Positions 25,689-34,730 of a stretch of DNA of 34,730 nt are shown in pieces. Location of the stretch: contig PS015105.1 in assembly GCA_048213135.1 (NCBI GenBank), positions 152,695 through 187,424 of the forward strand. The letters are read 5' to 3'. The notes beneath the pieces are model-generated. The model did not search any database. It was not told the DNA's origin and was given only the letters and a program-made list of their open reading frames with translations. Source of the DNA: Reclinomonas americana ATCC 50394 (taxonomy: Eukaryota). Numbering within the stretch: the first letter of the stretch is position 1; each line of letters begins with the position of its first letter. A program made the position numbers and the translations under genes.

Positions 25689-28368
25689 NNNNNNNNNNNN
25701 NNNNNNNNNNNNNNNNNNNNNNNNNNNNNNNNNNNNNNNNNNNNNNNNNNNNNNNNNNNNNNNNNNNNNNNNNNNNNNNNNNNNNNNNNNNNNNNNNNNN
25801 NNNNNNNNNNNNNNNNNNNNNNNNNNNNNNNNNNNNNNNNNNNNNNNNNNNNNNNNNNNNNNNNNNNNNNNNNNNNNNNNNNNNNNNNNACAGAGGAGAG
25901 GGGAAAGGGGAAGGAGGACAGAGGAGAGGGGAAAGGGGAAAGGACGACAGATGGAGGGCTTGTGTGATGTCTTCACTTGCTGTCTGTGTGGTGTCGTGTG
26001 CGTGCACTCCCGCTGTGGATGTTCTCGTGCGCGTGCGTGTCTGTGTGTGCGTGTCTGCGTGTTTGTGACTCTTGATCTCTCTTGCTCTCTTCCTCTCTCA
26101 GTTCAGGTATCCCGTGCGTGTGCGTGCTACATGTCTGGCTGGTTATTTTTCTCTATCTCATTCTTATTGTTCTTGCTGCTCCATTCACGTATTTGTTCCG
26201 GTCAATGTGCCTCACTCAATGTTGTATCGTGTTCACGTACGCTTTTGTCTAACTCCGGCCCTCTTGCATCGTCACAGTTCCCGGTCAGTGTGCTGCAGAA
26301 TGGCGTCAAGATGACCAACGAGCCGCCCAAGGGCCTGCGTGCCAATGTGCGCTCCACGTACCAGCGCTTCACCGACAAGTTCATGGAGCACTCGAAGATG
26401 TCGCAGCTGAAGCGTGTGCTGCTCGGCTTTGCACTCTTCCACGCCGTCATTCAGGAGCGCCGCAAGTACGGCCCACTTGGCTGGTGCGTAGATTGTTGGC
26501 GGTGGAGAGAAATAATGAGACGGTCGCCACTCACTCGCCAATCGTGCAGGAACATTCGCTACGAATTCACCACTGGTGACATGCTCTGTGGTGTGAGCCA
26601 GCTGCGTCTGCTGTTGGACCAGTACGAGGAGCCGCCATACAAGGTCATCAAGACCCTCGTCGGTCACATCAACTATGGTGGTCGTGTGACAGACGACTGG
26701 GATCGCCGCGCGCTGATGACGCTGCTCGACGGTGTGTATTGCCACTCGTCCCCCCATTTGCATGGCTCGCATTGACTCACCATTGTCTGTGGCTGTGCAG
26801 ACTTTGTTGGCGCGAAGCAGCTGGAGCTCGGTTACCAGTACACCCCGGTGCCAGAGTACTATGTGATTGAGAAGGAGACACAGCGCGAGTACCTCGACTG
26901 GATCCAGGAGCTGCCGATCAAGGCTGGTACGTGACGGGGACAGCGATGTGGTGCAATGCATTGGTTGTGTAGATTACGGTGCTCAACCTCCACACACAGA
27001 CCCGCAAGTGTTTGGTCTGCATGAGAATGCCGATATCACTTGTGCGCAGGCCGAGTCGTACGGCATGCTGGAAACGATTCTCTCACTGCAAGCACGGTTC
27101 GTGTGTGTGTGTGTGTGTACGCCTGCATAGTGTGTGCTGCCAAAGGCACTCAACTGTGCTCGTCTCCTTCGCCTCCACAGTGTGGCCACCAGCGGTGGAC
27201 GCACACGCGAGGATGTGATTGGTGAGACCGCCAAGGAGATCCTCGACCGCCTACCGCCTGCATTCGACATTGAAATGGTGGCGGCCAAGTACCCGACGAC
27301 GTACACGGAAAGCATGAACACTGTGTTGTTGCAGGAGGTGTGTGTTGCCAGCTGTTTGTGTTGACATGTATGTGTGTGTGTGAGTTACTCACTGTTCCCT
27401 TCGCGCCACACGCACACAGGCCATTCGTTACAACCGACTGATTATCATCATGAAGAAGACGCTGCCGGAGCTGCTCAAGGCTCTGAAGGGTCTGGTGGTC
27501 ATGAGTGAGCAGCTGGAGAAAATTGCCAGCGGCATCTTTATCAACCGCGTTGCGTCACCACCGTCATCGTGCTATCGACCAGATGGCCATTGCGCTCATT
27601 TCTATCTGTGCGTTTGTGCAGGTGCCTGTGGCTTGGGCGGAGAAGGCGTATCCGTCACTCATGCCTCTCGCCTCGTGGTACGAGGATTTGTTGAAGCGTC
27701 TGCAATTCATTCAGGTGCGCCGACCGTAGCTTGTGGCTGACATCGAGGTCAAAGGTTACTGACTGACTGTATTCTTGTTTGTGACAGTCGTGGTACGACC
27801 ATGGCNNNNNNNNNNNNNNNNNNNNNNNNNNNNNNNNNNNNNNNNNNNNNNNNNNNNNNNNNNNNNNNNNNNNNNNNNNNNNNNNNNNNNNNNNNNNNNN
27901 NNNNNNNNNNNNNNNNNNNNNNNNNNNNNNNNNNNNNNNNNNNNNNNNNNNNNNNNNNNNNNNNNNNNNNNNNNNNNNNNNNNNNNNNNNNNNNNNNNNN
28001 NNNNNNNNNNNNNNNNNNNNNNNNNNNNNNNNNNNNNNNNNNNNNNNNNNNNNNNNNNNNNNNNNNNNNNNNNNNNNNNNNNNNNNNNNNNNNNNNNNNN
28101 NNNNNNNNNNNNNNNNNNNNNNNNNNNNNNNNNNNNNNNNNNNNNNNNNNNNNNNNNNNNNNNNNNNNNNNNNNNNNNNNNNNNNNNNNNNNNNNNNNNN
28201 NNNNCTAGAAAGGAAGAGAGAGAGAGAGAGATGGTGGATGTTCATGGATATGATAAACGAGTGACTGACGATCTCTTCCTTGTGTGCCCTCTGCAGTTGC
28301 CATCGGCGCAACCCGACAGCCACTGGATCAAGCGTGGTGTGGCGTTGTTCTGTGCACTAGACTTTTGA
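14408..28368 (+). CDS. DNAH1: Axonemal inner-arm dynein heavy chain, DNAH1-like; interrupted by three assembly gaps
   Basis: N-terminal [14 protein letters not shown]-loops [41 protein letters not shown]; coiled-coil stalk and MTBD; C-terminus [15 protein letters not shown]. More than 40 introns; first coding exon is ATG only. Confidence 0.93.
17344..17557. other. Assembly gap inside dynein gene
   Basis: N run. Confidence 0.99.
19112..19146. repeat. (GT)n microsatellite starting at the intron donor
   Basis: Direct reading. Confidence 0.9.
25658..25889. other. (GT)n run into assembly gap (N 25689-25889) inside dynein gene
   Basis: GT repeat followed by N run. Confidence 0.97.
27806..28204. 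other. Assembly gap inside dynein gene
   Basis: N run. Confidence 0.99.
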
Positions 28369-28479
28369 GCTGTAGTTTGTTTTTTTGTGTTTTTTCCCCA
28401 TACTCTGTTTATGCAAACAAAGAAAAAGTGTACACATTTTCCCCCCTTTCATTAGTTGTGCATTGATGATGATTGATGA

Positions 28480-29776
28480 TTACAGTGGCGTCAGGTATCC
28501 GTTGGACTTGTTGAGGACGGTGAGCTCCTCCACAAAGTCTTCGGCGCGCAACTCACCGTGCGCCATGAGGTCCAAGATCTCCTCCGTGGTGAACCACGAG
28601 GCTTGCAACGAGTCCAAATCGGCCTGAGTAGGAACATGTCAACTCATGGATACAATCGATTACCAGTGTGCGCAACGAGCAGCGTCACTCCACCTCTTCA
28701 ATGGTCTTCAGTGTGCCGCCAGTCAATCTAATGCAGCACCACGCAGTGTCAGAAAAAGAAGCAGTGACGGAACAAGGGGAAACAAACTCACTTGCCCGTC
28801 ACCGCAATCCGCAGCCAGTCTTGGTCACCTGCGCGCGCTACATTGGTGAGCACAACTCACACAGACTGACGCCCTCACCCGCATTCATGCGCACCACTGT
28901 AGTGGGTGACCTTGACAATGTGCGTCGGCTTCAGGTCCATGCCGGCCTCGGCTTTGCAACATCTGATCGCCGCGTCGGGGAACGTCTCGCCCACGTTGAC
29001 TTGCGCGGCAGGAGCGTACCATCTGGTGTTCACGGGGATCGTGAGGAAGGGAGATAGAGGGAGAAGGAGAGGGAGAGGGAGAGGGAGAAGGAGAGGGGTG
29101 AAGAGAGAGAAGCGAATGAAGAGAGAGGAAGAGAGAGCACATATGAGAGAGGCTAGGGACAGATGCATGCAAGCAGAGTGAAGAGCCAGCAGAGGAAGGG
29201 GCATGCGAGTAGTGCGGGAGGAGCCAGGAGATCATCACAGAGGGGGAAGAAGAAGGACAGAAGCATGCAAGCAGAGAAGGAGCGGAGCAGAGAACAAGTG
29301 AAGGAGAAGCAGACAGGAAGAGAAAGGAATTGACAGAATTATGCAACCACGGCACAGAAGGGGAGAAGACGAGGAGAAGAAGGGAGAAATAGTATCGAAG
29401 CATTATGGCAGACAGAGGAAAAAGCAAGCAGAGAACGAGTGAAGGAGAGGGAGAAAGGAAGGGAATGGAAAAGGGGACGAAGCATGCAAGCAGAGAGAAG
29501 GAGCGGAGCAGAGAACGAGTGAAGGATAGGGAGAAAGGAAGGGAATGGAAAAGGGACAGAAGTATGCAAGCAGAGAAGGAGTGGAGCAGAGAACAACAGT
29601 GAGAGACAGAGAGGAGAAGGGACAGAAGCATGCAAGCAGAGAGGGGAAGAGCCAGCACAGAACGACATGGAGAGAAGGAGAGGGGGGAAGAGAGAAAAAG
29701 GAGCAGCGAACAACAGAGAGAGACAGAGAGGAGAAGGGACAGATGCAAGAAGAGAGGGGTGTGCCGGCAGAGAACA

Positions 29777-29815
<39 letters not shown>

Positions 29816-30412
29816 AATGGAAAAGGGACGAAGCATGCACGCAGAGAAGGAGCGGAGCAGAGAACAAGTGAAGGAGAAGCAGACAGAGAGGAGAAGGGAC
29901 AGAAGTATGACCAGAGAGGTGAACAAGCAGAGAACGGCACAGAACGGCACAGAAGGGGAGAAGGCGAGGAGAAGAAGGGAGAAGAAGGATAGAAGCATAA
30001 AAGCAGAGAAGGAAGAGCCAGAACAGATCGACACAGAAAGGAGAACGACAGAGGAGAAGAAGAAGATGTGAGAGAATGACAGAAACCAACAAGCAGGCAT
30101 GCGACAGGCACACCGCTGACGCAACTTGCCACGCGACGACTCCTACGATGCGCATATGTGTCCAAGAAAAAGCACGGAGAGACAAAGATTCGATGTTGGT
30201 GGACAGCGACACACACACAGACGCAGGAACAAGCACACACCTTGGACTCTTGAATGAGGAGCATGCGTCCTTCATCGTCCTTGATGATGCACGACACGAT
30301 CAGGCGTCTGCGCACACGCACACACGCACAGTCAGGTTGTCATGAGTGACAGGAATGATTGGGGCGACGACGGATTCGGCAACCCGCCGCCTTGTTGCCC
30401 ATCAATGCGGTC
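28480..30412 (-). CDS. Nudix hydrolase NUDT18 (8-oxo-dGDP phosphatase)-like with degenerate Nudix box; 5' end unresolved
   Basis: RLIVSCIIKDDEGRMLLIQESK-ESSRGK-WYAPAAQVNVGETFPDAAIRCCKAEAG...WLRIAVTGKLTGGTLKTIEEADLDSLQASWF parallels the NUDT18 motifs LLIQEAK/WYLPAG/TGGILKT/ESLQAAW. Confidence 0.75.
29160..30070. repeat. Degenerate purine-rich (plus strand) minisatellite in the 1.1 kb Nudix intron
   Basis: Recurring blocks GAAGCATGCAAGCAGAGAAGGAGCGGAGCAGAGAAC(A/G)AGTGAAGGA and GAGGAGAAGGGACAGA, with a (GA)n run at about 29784-29812. Confidence 0.8.
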
Positions 30413-31045
30413 GCCTCGCGCAAAGAGAATCGCATCCACGAGCGTATCACACACATATACACATACACACACGAGGAGCACACGAGCACAGGAAAAGGGA
30501 GGAGGAGGAGGAGGAAGAGGGAGAGAGGAGTGTATCACGAACACACAAAGGCAACAGAGAAACGCAACACTCGATGCATGGTGTGTTGGAAAAACTGGGA
30601 GACAGCCGGCTGAGCGAGCGAGAGAGTGAGAGAGTGTGTGAGTGGCGCAGACAGCGAAGAGAGAGAGAGAGAACACAGGGCGTGTCCGCGCTGTGTTTTG
30701 TGTGTGTGCGCGCAGAGTCACAGTGTGCGCAACTGTGGAGAGAGCACTGGTGCGAGAGTCAACGAGCGCGGAAGGTGTTGAAGGGGTGGTGTGCGATGAA
30801 AGAAAGCAACGAGAGCAGAGCAACGAGTGCGCACAACACGTGAGCGACTGATTGATTGATTGGTGCGTTCGAAGTCTCGGATCCGGACGCCTTGCGAAGG
30901 CAGCGCTGTGCTTATCCCTGCGCCACAGTGCAGATGCATCTAACGAAGCGTCACCCCGAATAATGTCCACATCTCCATTCTCTGTACACTCATTTTTCTA
31001 CGTTTTTTCAACCTTGTTGCATTGCAAGTCGGGTCCCGTCCTCGT

Positions 31046-31774
31046 TTACACCGCAATGGCCTGCGTTCCGTGGCCCACGCTGCTCTTCAACACCTTGCGC
31101 AGGTTGGCAAGCAGCTGCGGGAATTTCGGGGAAATGAGCACACGCGCAGAGGGTGTTATCAAAATGAAGAGGCACTTGTCACGACGCAACGTTGTAGTGG
31201 AAGTCAAAGTACTCCTCAAAGGTGATCTTGCCGTCGTGGTTGGCGTCCAGCTCGCTGTGGATGGCCAAGCGTTTGCGTGAGCGAGTGAGAGAGACTGAGA
31301 GAGCAGAGAGTGAAAAACGCACGAAAAGTGCTTGTTCACGTGCTCCTCCTGATCCGGCGTCAGCGCGCTGGCGCTGCTCTGCTTGGTCCAGTAGTTGGCA
31401 AAGAGGCGACGCTGTGACACACAACGCGTACGTGGTGGTGTGTGAGAGACGCCACAGTCACACACACACATTGTTGTCGCGCGCACGACGTACCAGCTCA
31501 GCGATTTCGAGCGTCTGGTTGCGGTCGGCGTCGATGAGGTCGAACTCCATGCGGCAGTCGCTCTTCAGGCGCTGTTTTGTGCGGTGGGAGAGGTGAGAAG
31601 GGATGATGTGCGGCACGCGTCGTGGAGAGGAGGAGAAGAAAACGCAACGTCAACGTTGGTCAGCTGCTCGTCGAGCCATTGGATCTGCGTGGTGAGAGGT
31701 GAGGGGGTGAGAGAGAGAGAGAGGGTGGCGAGTGGGAAGGTGGGAGAGGGAGACGAAACGTAAGCGTCAGACAT
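31046..31774 (-). CDS. Small two-EF-hand calcium-binding protein (~115 aa)
   Basis: 6 exons give MSDAYIQWLDEQLTNVDRLKSDCRMEFDLI-DADRNQTLEIAE-...-DANHDGKITFEE-YFDFHYNLLANL...AIAV*, with two 12-residue EF loops. Confidence 0.85.
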
Positions 31775-31848
31775 GTTTTTCTCTCGCAAGACACGTGAAC
31801 GGCGGTTTCAATTCGTGTGCGGAATCGGTTTTGGAGGAAATCGCGGGT

Positions 31849-33317
31849 TTAATTGGCAAATCGTAGTCTACAGTACGACTCAATGCTGTTTCCTGCTAAC
31901 AAAAACTCAACAGCCTCCGCGTCGATGTCAAACACAGCGTCCACGGACCGGCCACCAATGGCAACTGTCTGGCCACCGGTAATGCGATTGAGATGGTACA
32001 GTTTCTTCTTCTCCAGCTCGAAGAAACTCAGGCCGACACGGCACGGCCCCGATTTCACCGGGTGCGGATAGATGTGCCACTGCCCCCAGTCTCCGAGGCA
32101 CACGGTGATGTGAAGCGGGTCGGCTGCGTGCTTGTACAAGCCGGCGGATAGAAAACGCCTCGACGGGTCACACGCATCCCACAGTGCACGGAACAGCTCG
32201 GCTTGTCGGCGTTGATAATCTCCGTTGCTTTTGCACGTCTCCAGGAACTCGAGGAGTTTCTTGTCCGTGATATGGTGCCTGGATCCGGAATAACCGGTAC
32301 CGTGAAACAAGCCCTTCTCGTCGACCAGGCCCACCGCGTGGCCGCTGTCACCGAAGACGGTGAAAGGAACCTGCAACGAAATGCAATGAGAAAAGCGGTA
32401 GCAACTGCAGCTGATGAGAAGCAGAACCTTGCGAACGACACAGTAGGCCTGTTCGTATATCCTTGCCCTCGCCAGTCGCTTTCCCTCGAAGCTCAAGCCG
32501 ACTTCGTCAAACGTGAACATCTCGCGGAGGTCCACGATGTCAGGGATGTAATTGCCGGTCCGCCTCGTGTACTCGAGCCTGACGTGTTGGCGTTGCTGCT
32601 CCCATACGCCTTCATCTGTGGCACTCTGTGCGACGAAAACGACGACGAGACACGAAATCAATTGCATCGAAATCTGCGCAGCGATGCGAAAGAAGGCTGC
32701 TTTCACCGACGAAGAAGCACCATCAGCGGAAGCTGAGCTGCTTGAATACGAAGTAGAACGGCTTGACGTGGCATTAGACGCAGTCTCATCATCGTCGTCG
32801 TCATTGTCTGTGGGCACCACACGCCGTCTTGGCGGTTCTGACAGGGATCTCGCAATTCTTCCATCGTGGTGAACTCGAGTCTGATCGGCCGGAAGGCGGC
32901 ATCTGTCGGCCTTCACCCGCTCCTCCCAATCAGCCTGACCACCTGTGGGATCCTCAACCACACTGTACTCTCCACCTGTTGCAGCTGCAACTGCATGCGC
33001 AGGCACCGCCGCCAGCGGTGGCTGCAATCGCGATCGCCATAATCAGTTCGAATTCATCTATCACACCTCAACAACGCAGCGATCGCGACATGCAGCATGA
33101 GGACATTCACCTCAAAGCCCTGAAGAGTGCACTCTTGGGGACCCCTCTCTCGTGTCAGCTGGCACGACGACACATCTCTCACGCGACTTGTTTGCAAGCC
33201 GGCGGCACAATCAATCGCGACTGCAGAGGAATGGCCAGACACTGGTGCCGCCGACAGCGCCCAGTGCGACACAGAATAGGAATCAGCCTCCTGGTCCACA
33301 CCACTGCCGCTCGCCAT
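31849..33317 (-). CDS. Hypothetical protein: acidic/Ser-rich linker and globular C-terminal domain; 5' structure uncertain
   Basis: Long open frame 31849-33021 with two in-frame intron-like segments and protein-like composition. Candidate ATG at 33317, but the joining of the upstream exon is unresolved. Confidence 0.6.
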
Positions 33318-33665
33318 GGCAATCGAAACAAACTCAAATTTAAATTGGTGGAATTTTACAATCCGCACGCCTGGATCGATCCGGATAGCGCCTGCGCTGT
33401 GCAGCTGTCGCTTGCCAACACGTGCACTTGTCACGAGCATCCACGAGGGTCACCAGCAAGTCTCATCTGCCCCATTTTCCAGAGAAACCGCCTTATGTAA
33501 ACACACTGCCACTCGTCACCAGCAGCAACGATCACCAATGGACACCTATCGTGATGCATCAGGTGTTGATTGTACTCGTGAACAGGAAAATGCACGGTGC
33601 GACGCCATTCTGATGTGCCACCATCTACAGAAACGGAAGCGTAGACCGACGTCATCACTTCTTGC

Positions 33666-34054
33666 ATGCTTTCGAACGCCCTCACCGCGCTCTCTCTCTT
33701 CAGCACCTCCGCCACCGTCTGGTGGTGGTTCTCCGCCGCCGTTCTCGTTGTCGCACTGGCCGCCTGGTGGCTCATCTCCTACACCACCTCTCTCGCACAA
33801 CCTCCCGAACTCTACCACGCTCCCACCGACCGCAACCGCGAGCTCGTGCGCCGCTGTCCCTCGCTCAACCAGCGCTTCTATCCCACACCTTGGGCCACCA
33901 ATGGTCACCTGCAGAGGTGTGCGCGATGTGTGTGTGAGAGAGTGATGACATCACGCGCTGTTTTTTTGACTGATGCATTGCAGCATTCTGTACTCGCAAC
34001 GCATGGCGCCAGAGACCAAGATCGAGCGGGACTTTATCCGCGCCTATGATGGGG
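33666..34054 (+). CDS. ABHD1/2/3 (YheT-like) alpha/beta hydrolase, first two exons
   Basis: N-terminal TM, then LVRRCPSLNQRFYPTPWATNGHLQSI and ERDFIRAYDGG, typical of the AB hydrolase-4 family. Intron 33917-33983, next donor 34055. Confidence 0.8.
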
Positions 34055-34288
34055 GTTAGTTGTGAGAGAAGAAGGGAGAGAAGGGAGAGAAGAGGGGAGA
34101 GTGATGCAGTAAGAAGGAAGAGCTTGTGATGCAGTGAGAAGGAAGTGTGTGCGATGCAGTGTGTGAGTGAGAGAGTGGAGAGTGAGTGAGAAGGGAGAGT
34201 GAGCGATTGCAGTGGTTGCAGCGACGAGAGGAAGATAGAAGAAGAGAAGGAAGATTGAGCGCATCAATGATTAGTGATTGCAATGTGC

Positions 34289-34405
<117 letters not shown>

Positions 34406-34558
34406 ATGAGGAAGAGAGAATGAGAGAGAGAGAGATAAAGAGAGAGAAAGGGAGAGAAGGATCACGAGAGAAGAGGGAAAGAAAGAAAGAAAGAGAGAGG
34501 CTAGGGTATGAGATCCATATCGCAACGGGAAGCGTGCTCTTCCACACCGCACACTCAC

Positions 34559-34687
34559 CACCACCAATACCGTGGTCCATCCCGACGCTCCGTGCGCGAG
34601 AATGGAACCGAAGCGTGCGGGCCCCACGAATGCCAGCACGGCAATCCATGGGCAGAGGAACAGTCCGGCAAACGCATACACCAGCCA
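34559..34687 (-). CDS. Probable internal exon of a membrane-protein gene starting beyond the window
   Basis: Pyrimidine tract and CACAG acceptor, then 129 nt giving WLVYAFAGLFLCPWIAVLAFVGPARFGSILAHGASGWTTVLVV, then a GTGAGT donor. Confidence 0.45.
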
Positions 34688-34730
34688 CTGTGCGAGAATG
34701 GGGCGAGGAGGAGCAAGATTGAGCGTGAGA

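Noticed and set aside
14408-28368. Numerous antisense ORFs over dynein and other genes
   Set aside because: Shadow ORFs from GC-rich codon usage, with no recognisable motifs.
29160-30070. CRISPR-like array or transposon
   Set aside because: The modules are degenerate with no unique constant-length spacers, terminal repeats, TSDs or transposase/RT coding, and the context is a eukaryotic intron.
28885-30321. Long Leu/Ser/Phe-rich and Glu/Arg-rich ORFs (e.g. 28885-29748, 29403-30275)
   Set aside because: These are translations of the low-complexity intronic minisatellite.
30734-30746. Possible 13-nt upstream Nudix exon (minus strand) with a GTTGCGC donor
   Set aside because: In frame with the next exon only through a weak GAG acceptor, and no secure start exon was found, so it was excluded from the model and counts.
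4349-31648. Reading the GTTGCGT sites as non-canonical G|TT-AG introns
   Set aside because: Cutting after the G frameshifts conserved proteins at AG acceptors (e.g. 17827 HK-DSG, 5416, 17147). Cleavage before GT is required.
34040-34062. Minus-strand ACTAAC branch point and TAG acceptor suggesting an antisense exon over ABHD exon 2
   Set aside because: ACTAAC is simply the reverse complement of the plus-strand donor GTTAGT, and the plus frame carries the family motif (DGG).

Overview
Compact, GC-rich, intron-dense eukaryotic DNA from a flagellated, mitochondriate organism (probably a protist; lineage not determinable here), with four N-gaps. Manual splicing gives 12 genes plus one orphan exon and roughly 120 mostly 55-90 nt introns. 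The genes are RagC/D GTPase, NCS1 nucleobase transporter, HDAC8-like deacetylase, UCP4-like mitochondrial carrier, an uncharacterised 2-TM Cys-containing membrane protein, a UPF0658/DUF7789-like membrane protein, a PA-domain M28 aminopeptidase, a DNAH1-like inner-arm dynein heavy chain, a NUDT18-like Nudix protein, a 2-EF-hand protein, an orphan ORF and an ABHD1/2/3-like hydrolase. The standard genetic code fits throughout. The most striking signal is in splicing. About one in five introns uses a second 5' splice-site class, GTTGCGT (the usual GTGCGT plus one T), which almost never has the exonic -1 G that ordinary donors have. Other notable items are a probable 4-nt micro-exon, GC-AG introns, a degenerate Nudix box and very small intergenic spacers. 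All gene models are manual inferences without transcript data.
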